Part shown: positions 45,450-58,845 of the stretch, one piece after another
Numbering within the stretch: position 1 is the first letter of the stretch
Layout of the letters: every line of letters begins with the position of its first letter
Position numbers and translations under genes: made by a program
Source: an uncultured Spirochaetota bacterium
Lineage (GTDB): Bacteria > Spirochaetota > Spirochaetia > SZUA-6 > CAVTHK01
Direction of reading: 5' to 3'
DNA length: 64,000 nt
Assembly: GCA_963734495.1 (NCBI GenBank)
Contig: CAVTHK010000001.1
Span: 608,001 to 672,000 of the forward strand
Notes under the pieces: model-generated
The model's input: the letters and a program-made list of their open reading frames with translations, nothing else
What the model was told of the DNA's origin: nothing
The model's database searches: none

Positions 45450-46877
45450 GTGGGGAAAGTCGTCAGGAAAGGTTTCCCTCGCATCCACTACTATGACCAG
45501 GACTTCGTAGACGTCTACGACAAGACCTGGGCCTGGATCGAGGGCTCCTTCCGGCAGGGGACAAAAAAGAACGGCCTCGCTTCCAGGTACTTCAACTACG
45601 AAGGCAATACCACCGTCTCGGTGCACGAGGCCTGCCTCGCGACGTTCTTTCTCGTCTACAGCAACAGGCTGGTCCCGACGACTTCGCTGCTCGACGCCTT
45701 CTACGCCAAGCAGGAGCCCGACGGAGCGATCCGGGGCGCGTACTCGGAGTCCGACGGCTCGCCGCTTTCCACCGACGACAACCCCCAGGGCGTCGCGCCG
45801 CCGCTGTTCTCGTGGGCCGAGTACAACATCTATCACAAGATCGGACTGAAGAAGCGGGTCAAGGAGGTCGTGCCCGTTCTCGAGGCGCACTACACCTGGC
45901 TCGAGAACAACTTCAAAAAGGAGAACGGCCTCTACGCCGTCCCTGCCGAGGCCACGGCAATGGGCAACGCGCCGCGCGGCGACGTGGTGTACCCGGTCGA
46001 CTTCAACGCGCAGCAGGCCATGAACGCGCTCTACCTCTCCGCCCTCGGCGACGTGCTCAACGACAAGGAGAAGAGCTACCGCTTCAAGAAGCACTACTTC
46101 TCGCTCAAGACGCGCATCAACTCGATGATGTGGAGCGAGGAGGACAGCTACTACTACGACCTGGACGGCAAGGAGCGGCAGCTCCCCAACCGCACCCTGG
46201 CCAGCTACTGGTGCCTGCTCGCCGAGGTCCCGAGCAAGGACCGCAGCGAGCGCTTCATGGCCCACCTGACCAACCCGCAGGAGTTCGGCGTCGAGAACCC
46301 GTTCCCGTCGCTCGCCGCTTCGCACAAGCAGTTCGACCGCAAGGGCGGCGGCTTCCGCGGCTCGGTCTTTCCGCACCTGACCTTCATGGTGATCAAGGGC
46401 CTGGAGAAATACGGCAAGTTCGACCTGGCGCGAGAGAGCGCGATCCGCCACCTGTACTACATCCTGGACTCGCTGCACCACGACGAAGGCAACGGCACGC
46501 TGTGGGAGGCCTACCAGCCGCAGCACGAGGGCCCCGCTTCCTGGCCCCGCCACGACGGGTTCCCGCGCCGGCTCTTCCTGCCGTACGCCGCCCTCGCGAC
46601 CATCACCCTGATGATCGAGAACGTCGTCGGGCTGTACATCTCTCTGCCCCGCAAGACCGTGGACTGGATCGTGCCCACGATCGAGATCATGGGCATCGAG
46701 AACCTCGCGCTCAAGCGCAACATGATCACGATCCTGAGCAACCAGAGCGGCCGAGGGTGGGAGATCCGCCTCGAATCGGAGAAGCTCTACTACTTCACCA
46801 TCAACCTGCTGAACTCGAAAAAGAAGACCCTGCCCATCCCCTCGGGCAAGTGCTCGATCCTCATAGACAAGCTTTAG
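45450..46877 (+). CDS. MGH1/GH63-trehalase-like (alpha/alpha)6 glycoside hydrolase family protein
   Basis: PPLFSWAE, VDFNAQQA, MW.EEDSYYYD, PFPSLA, GG.FRGSVF, GTLWEAY. Confidence 0.7.
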   Translation: MGKVVRKGFPRIHYYDQDFVDVYDKTWAWIEGSFRQGTKKNGLASRYFNYEGNTTVSVHEACLATFFLVYSNRLVPTTSLLDAFYAKQEPDGAIRGAYSESDGSPLSTDDNPQGVAPPLFSWAEYNIYHKIGLKKRVKEVVPVLEAHYTWLENNFKKENGLYAVPAEATAMGNAPRGDVVYPVDFNAQQAMNALYLSALGDVLNDKEKSYRFKKHYFSLKTRINSMMWSEEDSYYYDLDGKERQLPNRTLASYWCLLAEVPSKDRSERFMAHLTNPQEFGVENPFPSLAASHKQFDRKGGGFRGSVFPHLTFMVIKGLEKYGKFDLARESAIRHLYYILDSLHHDEGNGTLWEAYQPQHEGPASWPRHDGFPRRLFLPYAALATITLMIENVVGLYISLPRKTVDWIVPTIEIMGIENLALKRNMITILSNQSGRGWEIRLESEKLYYFTINLLNSKKKTLPIPSGKCSILIDKL

Positions 46878-46931
46878 GGATATCTCGAAGGAAGGCTGTC
46901 GCGCCGCGACCCGCCCCGGGCGGCCGGCGCG

Positions 46932-47531
46932 TCAGAACGAGCTGCGGCCGAGGAATGCGCGCGCGAGCGTGAGCCTGTCGGCGTACTCCAGGTCCCCGCC
47001 CACCGGCAGGCCGAGCGCCAGCCGGCTCACCGACACCGCGGGCGCGCCCTGCTCGCCGCGGAGCAGGCTGCCCAGGTACAGCGCGGTGGTGTCGCCTTCG
47101 ACGGTAGGGTTGGTCGCGAGGATCACCTCGCGGATGCCTTCGCGGCGCACCCGGTCGAGCAGCGACTGGATGCGCAGCTTCTCCGGCCCGACGCCCTCGA
47201 TCGGCGAAATGACGCCCATCAGCACGTGGTAGAGGCCGCGGTACTCGTGGATCGCCTCGATCGACTGCACGTCCTTGGGCTGCTCGACGACGCAGAGCAC
47301 GCTGCGGTCGCGCGAGGGGTCGGAGCACAGGGCGCACGGCTGCTCCTCGGTGTAATTGCCGCAGACCCGGCAGAGCTGCACCTTCTCCTTGAGGTCCAGG
47401 ATTTCCTGCGCCAGCTGCTCCACGAAGTCGCGGTCGGCCTTGAGCAGGCTGTGCACGATGCGCGACGCGCTCTTTCGGCCGAGCCCCGGCAGGCGGGAGA
47501 GGCTGCGGGTCAGCTTCTCGAGCAGGTCCAA
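46932..47531 (-). CDS. recR: Recombination mediator RecR
   Basis: LPGLGRKSA.R, C4 zinc finger, YHVLMG.ISP, ATNPTVEGDTTA, GLPVGGDLEYAD. Confidence 0.97.
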   Translation of the reverse strand: MDLLEKLTRSLSRLPGLGRKSASRIVHSLLKADRDFVEQLAQEILDLKEKVQLCRVCGNYTEEQPCALCSDPSRDRSVLCVVEQPKDVQSIEAIHEYRGLYHVLMGVISPIEGVGPEKLRIQSLLDRVRREGIREVILATNPTVEGDTTALYLGSLLRGEQGAPAVSVSRLALGLPVGGDLEYADRLTLARAFLGRSSF

Positions 47532-47532
47532 G

Positions 47533-47856
47533 CTAACCCCCGAGCAGGCCCGGCGGCAGGTCGAAGCCCCCGGTCATCGACGAGGCCTCTTCCTTCATCT
47601 TGTCCTTGACCTTGGCCAGAGCATCGGAAAAGGCTGCGAGGACCAGGTCCTGGAGCATCTCGACGTCGTTGGGGTCGACCGCCTCTTTCGCGATGGTCAC
47701 GCGCGTCACCGAAAGGGCGCCCGTCATCTCGATGCGCACCATGTCGCCGCCGGCGGAGCCGGTGACGCGGATCTGAGCCATGCGCTCCTGCATCTCGTTC
47801 ATCCGTGTCTGGAAGCTCTGCAGGTTCTTCAACAGCTCGAACGGATTGCCGGCCAT
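47533..47856 (-). CDS. ybaB: YbaB/EbfC nucleoid-associated protein
   Basis: GSAGGDMV, VDPNDVEMLQDLVLAA; located between dnaX and recR. Confidence 0.93.
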   Translation of the reverse strand: MAGNPFELLKNLQSFQTRMNEMQERMAQIRVTGSAGGDMVRIEMTGALSVTRVTIAKEAVDPNDVEMLQDLVLAAFSDALAKVKDKMKEEASSMTGGFDLPPGLLGG

Positions 47857-47857
47857 C

Positions 47858-49487
47858 TCAACCTCCGTCGACCACCTGGCCCTTGAACACTCGCTTGACC
47901 ATCTCGACCTTTTCGTCGACTCGCGTCTCGGCCGCGGAGGCGGTGTCCATGGTGACGACCTCGAGCCGCACGGCGCGCCCCAGCACCTCGGAGGCCGCTG
48001 CTTCCACGGCCTGCCGCTCGGCGTTGAGCATCCCGACCGAGTAGCGCTCAGCGGCCTTGAAGGTGAAGCGCAGACGGCCCTCCTCGACCGCGACGTCCTC
48101 GGCCTTGTCCATGGCCGAGGCGAGCGCGGGCTTCTTCCTGCGCAGCGCCTCGATCACCCGCCGCGCAGCCTGCCCGCCCGCGCCGGCGGGGTCGCCGGCG
48201 GCCGCGGCGTCGCTGCTGTCGGGCGCATCCTCGTCGCCCGCCGCCTCGTCGTGCTGCTCCGCCGCGGCGGCAGCCGCGGGGGCGCCGCGCTGTGCCGGGG
48301 GGCTCACCGCGGGCGCGGGCGCCGGCCGCCGCCGGGCCGGCGCTGCCGGCCATCTCGCCCCGCAGCTTTCGGATCTGCGCCAGGATGTCCTCGGGGGCGA
48401 TGAAGCCCGGCAGGCGCGCGAGCCTGCTCACGACGAGCTCCAGCTCGAAGCGCGGGTTCAGGGAGAAGCGCAGGTTGCGGTGCAGCTCGAGCAGCAGCTC
48501 GATGGCCCGCTCGACCTGCGCCGGCGTGAGCTGCTCGACAGCGTCCTTGAGGAAGCTCTCCGGCGAGTACCCGAGCAGGCCCTCGCGGCCGAGCCCCTGC
48601 TGCAGGAACAGCAGGCTGCGAAAGTACTCCGCCAGGTCCACGACGAGCTGCTCGACAGCGACGCCCTGCTCCAGGATCTTCGCGAGCATCTCGAGCGCGG
48701 CCTTGCCGTCGCCCGCCAGGAACGCGGCCGCCAGCCCGTTGAGCTGCTCGAGCCCGACGACGCCGAGCTTTTCGTGGATCAGCGCGAGCGTGATGCGGCC
48801 GCCGGAGAACGAGGCCACCTGGTCGAGCAGGGTGTAGGAGTCGCGCAGGGAGCCGGTCGCCTCCTTGGCGATCCACAGCAGCGCGGACTCTTCCGCGTCG
48901 ACCTTCATCTCGGAGCAGGCGGCGGCGAGCGAGCGCTTGAGGTCGTCCGTGGAGATCAGGCGGAAGTTGAACTGCTGGCAGCGCGAGCGGATCGTCGCGG
49001 GCACGCGGTGGATCTCCGTCGTCGCGAAGATGAACACGATGTAAGGGGGCGGCTCCTCGATGGTCTTCAGCAGCGCGTTGAAAGCGCTGTTGGAGAGCAT
49101 GTGGACCTCGTCGATGATGTAGATCTTGTAGCGGCTGCTGTTGGGCCTGAAGAGCACCTCGTCCTTGATCTCGCGCACGTCGTTGACGCTGGTGTTGGAG
49201 GCCCCGTCGATCTCGATCACGTCGAGCGAGCCGCCGCGGGTGATCTCCTGGCAGGAGGAGCAGTTGCCGCAGGGCTTCGCCGTCGGACCGGTCTCGCAGT
49301 TGAGGGCCTTGGCGAGGATGCGCGCGGCCGAGGTCTTGCCGACTCCGCGCGGGCCGGAGAACAGGTAGGCGTGGGCGATGTGCCCCTGCTCGATCGACTT
49401 CGTCAGCGTGGCGACGACGAAGTCCTGCCCCACGATCTCGCTGAAATCCTGAGGACGTCTTCGTGTAGCTGTAACTTCATACGCCAT
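47858..49487 (-). CDS. dnaX: DNA polymerase III subunit gamma/tau (frameshift near 48310)
   Basis: HAYLFSGPRGVGKTS, EIDGASN, IIDEVHMLS..AFNALLKT.EEPP, TIRSRCQ; C-terminal domain in ORF 47858..48307. Confidence 0.93.
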
Positions 49488-49527
49488 AAGACGTTACCAG
49501 AGTACCTCGCGCGGCGCCTACACGGCG

Positions 49528-49556
49528 AGCGTAGTATGTAGGTACTTCGTTGTCAA
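49528..49556 (-). promoter_or_regulatory. Sigma70-type promoter of dnaX (TTGACA-17-TACGCT)
   Basis: Consensus -35, 17-bp spacer. Confidence 0.5.
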
Positions 49557-49613
49557 CCGGCTCGATCGTCAACTGCCGCCAGCCGCGAGCCGGCGGGAGC
49601 GGGGCAAGAAAAA

Positions 49614-49740
49614 CCCCCATCAGCTCCGGCCAGACCTGATACGGCTCTCCGGAAAACTGCTTACCGCTGCTACCTTCCGGTCCTGGCGGGGTTGGGCAGC
49701 CTCCGGCAGCGTAGGGCCTGGCTATCAACGCTAATGGGGG
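49614..49740 (-). ncRNA. ffs: Signal recognition particle RNA (4.5S, small bacterial type)
   Basis: Domain IV signature CAGGACCGGAAGGTAGCAGC within a long hairpin (CCCCCATTAGC..GCCAGG / CTGGC..GCTGATGGGGG) followed by a T-run; upstream of dnaX. Confidence 0.9.
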
Positions 49741-49743
49741 TAA

Positions 49744-49834
49744 CGGAGAGAGAGGGATTCGAACCCTCGGTACCCGGTTGTACGAGTACACACGCTTTCC
49801 AAGCGTGCACCTTCGGCCACTCGGTCATCTCTCC
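49744..49834 (-). tRNA. tRNA-Ser(GGA)
   Basis: GGAGAGA acceptor, CACGC-TTGGAAA-GCGTG anticodon arm, long variable arm, GTTCGAATC. Confidence 0.95.
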
Positions 49835-49851
49835 TCTACGGCTGTTTTGGA

Positions 49852-49940
49852 CGGAGAGAGTGGGATTCGAACCCACGGTACCACGTTAGTGGTACAACGG
49901 TTTTCGAGACCGCCCGATTCGACCGCTCTCGCATCTCTCC
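49852..49940 (-). tRNA. tRNA-Ser(CGA)
   Basis: GCGGT-CTCGAAA-ACCGT anticodon arm, long variable arm, T-loop. Confidence 0.95.
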
Positions 49941-49948
49941 AGGTTTCG

Positions 49949-50022
49949 TGTGCCCAAGTGGACTCGAACCACCGGCCTTGAGATCCGCAATCTCACGCTC
50001 TATCCATCTGAGCTATGGGCAC
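49949..50022 (-). tRNA. tRNA-Arg(GCG)
   Basis: GTGCCCA/TGGGCAC acceptor, TGAGA-TTGCGGA-TCTCA anticodon arm, GTTCGAGTC. Confidence 0.93.
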
Positions 50023-50027
50023 GTATC

Positions 50028-50120
<93 letters not shown>

Positions 50121-50138
50121 GGGGCCTGCCTTTAAGAC

Positions 50139-50227
50139 CGGAGAGAGTGGGATTCGAACCCACGGTGGAGCGATTGCCCCACAGCGGTTTTCAAGACCGC
50201 CTCCTTAGACCGCTCGGACACCTCTCC
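50139..50227 (-). tRNA. tRNA-Ser(TGA)
   Basis: GCGGT-CTTGAAA-ACCGC anticodon arm, long variable arm. Confidence 0.95.
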
Positions 50228-50239
50228 GAAGGCACGCCT

Positions 50240-50268
50240 ACTATAATTCCCGTCCCCCCGAATGTCAA
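50240..50268 (-). promoter_or_regulatory. Sigma70 promoter of the tRNA/SRP operon (TTGACA-17-TATAGT)
   Basis: Near-perfect consensus 12 nt upstream of tRNA-Ser(TGA). Confidence 0.8.
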
Positions 50269-50301
50269 CGGAGCGCACCCCCGCACGGCCGGCGGGCCCT
50301 T

Positions 50302-51183
50302 TCAGGTCCGCCCGCGGGAGTCCATCAGGAAGAGCATCCGATCGAGATCGTCCGCGGAGTAGTAGGTGATCTCGATCTTCCCGCGTTTTGGCGTCCCACG
50401 GACGTCGACGCGCGTACCGAGCGCGTCCATGAGGCGGCGGCGCACGTCCTCGAGCGAGGGGTCGAGCGCGCGCCTCGGCTTGCGCGGCGCGCGGGCGTCG
50501 CTCCCGCGCGCGCTCCTGCGGCCCGCCTTGAGCTCCTGCGCCTGCATCTCGGCTTCGCGCACGGAGAGACCCTGGCCCATGACGCGATCGAAGAGCAGCT
50601 GCTGATCGGCGGGATTGACGAGCGCGAGGATCGCGCGCGCGTGCCCGGGCGTGATGTCGCCGCGGTCGAGAGCCTGCAGCATCGGCTCCGGCAGCTTGAG
50701 CAGGCGCAGGCTGTTGGCCACGGTCGAGCGGTCCTTGCCGACGCGCCTGGCGACATCCTCCTGGCTCAGCTCGACGAGCTCCATGAGCTTGCGGTAGCCC
50801 TGCGCCTCTTCGACCGGGGTCAGGTTCTCACGCTGAATGTTCTCGATGAGCGCGATCTCGACCTTCTCCACCATCGAGAAGCGGCGCACCAGGACAGGGA
50901 CATCCTTGAGGCCGGCCAGGCGCGCGGCCCGAAGACGGCGCTCGCCGGCGATGACGGTGTAGGTCCCGTCTTCGTCCGCCTCGACGAGGAGCGGCTGGAT
51001 GATGCCCTTCTCCCGGATGGAGTCGGCCAGCTCCCTGAGCCCTTCGTCGGGGAATCGGCTCCGCGGCTGGTAGGGGTTCGGTTTCAGCTGCTTGATGGCG
51101 ACTGTCGCGCCCTCGCCCGACGCCGTAGCTTCGAGCTCCTTGAACAGAGCGCCGATGCCCTTGCCGAGCACCTTCTTAGACAT
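50302..51183 (-). CDS. parB: Chromosome partitioning protein ParB/Spo0J
   Basis: LGKGIGAL, NPYQPR, IAGERRLRA, ALIENIQRE.L, RSTVANSLRLL, GHARA. Confidence 0.96.
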   Translation of the reverse strand: MSKKVLGKGIGALFKELEATASGEGATVAIKQLKPNPYQPRSRFPDEGLRELADSIREKGIIQPLLVEADEDGTYTVIAGERRLRAARLAGLKDVPVLVRRFSMVEKVEIALIENIQRENLTPVEEAQGYRKLMELVELSQEDVARRVGKDRSTVANSLRLLKLPEPMLQALDRGDITPGHARAILALVNPADQQLLFDRVMGQGLSVREAEMQAQELKAGRRSARGSDARAPRKPRRALDPSLEDVRRRLMDALGTRVDVRGTPKRGKIEITYYSADDLDRMLFLMDSRGRT

Positions 51184-51932
51184 GCGCCAGCACCTCATCG
51201 GCGAGGCTCTCGTAGCTCTTGGCTCCGACGCACTCGCGGTCGTACTGGTTGATCGGCTTGGAGAACGAAGGCGCCTCGCTGATGCGCACGTTGCGGGGGA
51301 TGATCGTGCGGAACACCCGGTCCTTGAAGTAGCCGGTCACCTCCTGAACCACTTCGTGGGCCAGCCTGGTCCGCTTGTCGTACATGGTGAAGAGTATCCC
51401 CCCGATCTCCAGCTGCGGGTTCAGGCTCTTCTGCACCTGGCTGATCGTCTTGAGCAGCAGCGTGAGCCCTTCGAGGGCAAAGTACTCACACTGCAGCGGG
51501 ATGAGAACGTATTTCGCGGCGACGAGACCGTTCAGCGTGAGCACGCCGAGCGAAGGGGGACTGTCGATAAAGACATAGTCGTAGCCGTCACTGGCCTTGG
51601 CCAGGGCTTCCTTGAGGAAGTACTCCCGCCGATCGCGGTCCACGAGCTCCACCGTGGCGCCCGTGAGATTGATGCTGGAAGGCATGATGAAGAGGTTGGG
51701 CACGCTCGTCGTCTGCACGACCCTCTCGAGGCCGGCCTGGCCGCCGATGAACTCGTAGACGCCCGGCCTGGACGTGTCCGCGCCAACCGCGCTCGAGAGG
51801 TTGGACTGGGGATCGAAGTCCACGAGGAGGACCTTCTTCCCCTTCTCCGCGAGGTAGGCGCCGAGGTTCACGGCGGTGGTGGTCTTGCCCACCCCGCCCT
51901 TCTGATTGGCAACGACGAAGATCTTTGGACAA
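51176..51932 (-). CDS. parA: Chromosome partitioning ATPase ParA/Soj (start approximate; probable extra A just after TTG)
   Basis: NQKGGVGKTTT, DFDPQSN, IDSPPSLG, PLQCEYFALEG, IPRNVRISEAPS. Confidence 0.95.
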
Positions 51933-52052
51933 CTGATCGCTCGCTGATACGGTCCCGCCCGCCGCAGCCTGCACCGCGCCCTTGCCCGGCATCCCGCCAG
52001 GCGCCCGGGGTGCCCGGGCCGCCGCGCTGCGGTTCGCGGTCGACCAGCGCGC

Positions 52053-52081
52053 ATCATACAGGGAATGCCGCCCGGTTTCAA
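52053..52081 (-). promoter_or_regulatory. Sigma70-type promoter of parAB (TTGAAA-17-TATGAT)
   Basis: Hexamer match with 17-bp spacer. Confidence 0.6.
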
Positions 52082-52170
52082 CGCCGGTGCGGGGCGCTAC
52101 GACCCGCCGTGAGGCGCGGCGGACCGCGCGGAGCGTGGCACATGGAGGCACCGTGGACGGCCTGCCGCAA

Positions 52171-52186
52171 TGTTTCACGGGAAACA
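52171..52186. promoter_or_regulatory. parS centromere-like site
   Basis: TGTTTCACGGGAAACA, one mismatch from the conserved TGTTTCACGTGAAACA, next to parAB. Confidence 0.85.
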
Positions 52187-52283
52187 TTTCGGTGAAAGGC
52201 CCCCGCGGCCCCGGCTGTGGCGATCGCGGGCCAGGGCGGCCGCGGCAGCGTCACGGCCACGGGCGGCCTCTGGGTCGCGTCGA

Positions 52284-56691
<4,408 letters not shown>

Positions 56692-56725
56692 TGGCAATCC
56701 TGCGACTGGTTGACTAATGAAACGG

Positions 56726-56754
56726 ATTATATAGAAGAAGGGGAATCGTGGCAA
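56726..56754 (-). promoter_or_regulatory. Sigma70-type promoter of gyrBA (TTGCCA-17-TATAAT)
   Basis: Consensus -10, 17-bp spacer. Confidence 0.65.
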
Positions 56755-57010
56755 AGGCCGCACGCCCCTTCCGGAGGCCTTGGAAAGGTCGAAAAGCGCC
56801 CCTCCGCCGCCCGTCCGTGCGTTTCGATGTCGACGCCGGGCGTGTTCGGGCCAGTGCGGAGAGGCCCGCGGTGCAGCGACAAAGCCTGCGAAAACGCAGT
56901 CACACGCGGGCGTGGGGCCTTCGCGGCATGGTGGCCATGGCCTGTCACCTGGTGGCGCCTATGCCATCCTGGCGGCGCCACCCCCGTGACATCCGTGACA
57001 TCCCTGTCAC

Positions 57011-57039
57011 TTGAATTCCCATAGGCTCCCGGCTACACT
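57011..57039 (+). promoter_or_regulatory. Putative dnaA promoter (TTGAAT-17-TACACT)
   Basis: Hexamer match with 17-bp spacer in the gyrB-dnaA divergent region. Confidence 0.5.
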
Positions 57040-57236
57040 TGCGCCTTGGCTGCTCACTCTCGAGTACGCCGGCCACGGGGCAGACGCACTCGAGACGGGT
57101 CGGGATGGGCTTGGCGGCCCCGGCGCAAGCGAGCGTAACGTACGCTGCAGAAACGAGTTGAGCGATAGAGGTCAAGCCGCGGACGGACTCGGCGCGCGCC
57201 CGCGGCCACGGCCGGTGGCTCGACCCGTGCACAAGC

Positions 57237-57245
57237 TGTGGATAG
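57237..57245. promoter_or_regulatory. DnaA box upstream of dnaA
   Basis: TGTGGATAG, one mismatch from TGTGGATAA. Confidence 0.6.
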
Positions 57246-57265
57246 ACACCAAGACAAGGAGACCG

Positions 57266-58652
57266 ATGGCAGACCGATCCTGGGACTACTCGTCGGCATG
57301 GACCGAAGCCGTGCGCCAGATCGCCGCCGAGATCAACGAACAGGAATTCCTCATGTGGTTCCGCAACATGAGCTACTCGGGGGCGGAGCAATCGCGGCTC
57401 TACCTGAGCGTGCCTTCGTCGTTCTACAAGGACCAGGTTCAGCAGCGCTACCAGCGGCTGATCGAGGAAAAGCTGCACGAGCTGCTCGGCACCCCGATCG
57501 AGATCGACTTCCGCATCGAGAAGCCGAAGCGCGCGCCCTCTGACGGCGAGCAGGACGCCGCAGAGACCGCGAAGAGCGAGACGCCCAGAAAGCGCGCCGC
57601 GCGCAAGGTGTGCGAGCCCTCAGCTCAACGGGAAGTACGTCTTCGAGAACTTCGTCGTCGGGGAGAACAACTCGTTCGCGGCCAACGCGGGGTACGCCAT
57701 CGCCAAGAACCCGGGAACGACCTACAACCCATGCCTCATCTACGGAGGAGTCGGGCTCGGCAAGACCCACCTGATCCAGGCGATCGGCAACGCCGCATAC
57801 TCCGACTTCCCCGACATGAAGGTCGTGTACGTCACCGCCGAGACTTTCACGAACGAGTTCATCATTTCCATCAAGGAGCGGACGAGCCACATCTTCAAGC
57901 GCAGGTACCGCTCGGTGGACCTGCTCCTCATCGACGACATCCACATGTTCCAGGGCAAGGCGCAGACGCAGGAGGAGCTCTTCTACACGTTCGAGGCGCT
58001 GTACAACGCGAACAAGCAGATGGTCTTCACGTGCGACCGGCCCGTTTCCGAGCTGCGCGAGCTCACCGACCGCCTGCGCAGCCGGTTCGAGCGCGGCCTG
58101 AACGTGGACCTGCAACCGCCGAACTACGAGACCAGGGTCGCCATCCTGCGCAAGAAGATCGAGGACCAGCACGCCGAGATTCCGGACGCGGTCGTCGAGC
58201 TGATCTGCCGCAACATCACGACCAACGTGCGCGACCTCGAGGCGGCGCTGACCAAGCTGGTGGCGTACGCGAACCTGGTCAATCGCAACATTACGCTCGA
58301 GACCGCGCAGCAGCAGCTGCGCGACGTGTTTGCAAACCCGCGGCAGAAAAGCATCACCGTCGACATCGTGCAGAGGGTGGTCGCCGATTACTTCGGGCTC
58401 TCGCAGAGCGATCTCAAGGGGAAGAAGAGGACCAAAGCGATCGCCTTTCCACGCCAGCTCGCGATGTACCTGGCCCGGGAAATGACGGAGTACTCGACTA
58501 CGGAGCTCGGCATCGAGTTCGGCGGCCGGGACCATACGACCATCATGTACGGGTGCCAGAAGATCGAGAACCGGATCAAGACCGACTCGACGCTTGAGCC
58601 GATGGTTTCCGGCCTCAAGCGCAGCATACGCGAGTATGGCGCAAACGCTTAG
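57266..58652 (+). CDS. dnaA: Chromosomal replication initiator DnaA (frameshift near 57610)
   Basis: YVFENFVVGENN, YGGVGLGKTHL, LLIDDI, RLRSRF..GL, NVRDLE, FGGRDHTT. Confidence 0.96.
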
Positions 58653-58845
58653 CCGATGTTATAGTCCTGGAGAAAACCTGTGGAGACATCCCTCCGGGTG
58701 CTGACATGTGCAGAACCGGGGGAGAGAGACGGGTCGGTTTTCACGCCGGTAATTCGCCTGTACGGAGCGGGTTGACCGACTTTTCCACAGAACCGGCGCC
58801 TCTACTGCTACTACTACTGATCTATATAAGGAAAGGAGCACCAGG
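58653..58845. other. Putative replication origin oriC (dnaA-dnaN intergenic) with DnaA box, GC spacer and DnaA-trios
   Basis: TTTTCCACA (58781-58789), GC-rich CCGGCGCC, then CTA CTG CTA CTA CTA CTG (58802-58819) and an AT-rich tail; weaker boxes at 58679 and 58707. Confidence 0.75.

Noticed and set aside
47858-48330. Programmed tau/gamma frameshift in dnaX
   Set aside because: No A-AAA-AAG or poly-A slippage tract at the break, only a GC-rich stretch with a G6/C6 run, and similar indels occur throughout the window
56984-57010. Pho box reading of the TGTCAC repeats
   Set aside because: Repeat period is 9 bp rather than the 11 bp of PhoB boxes
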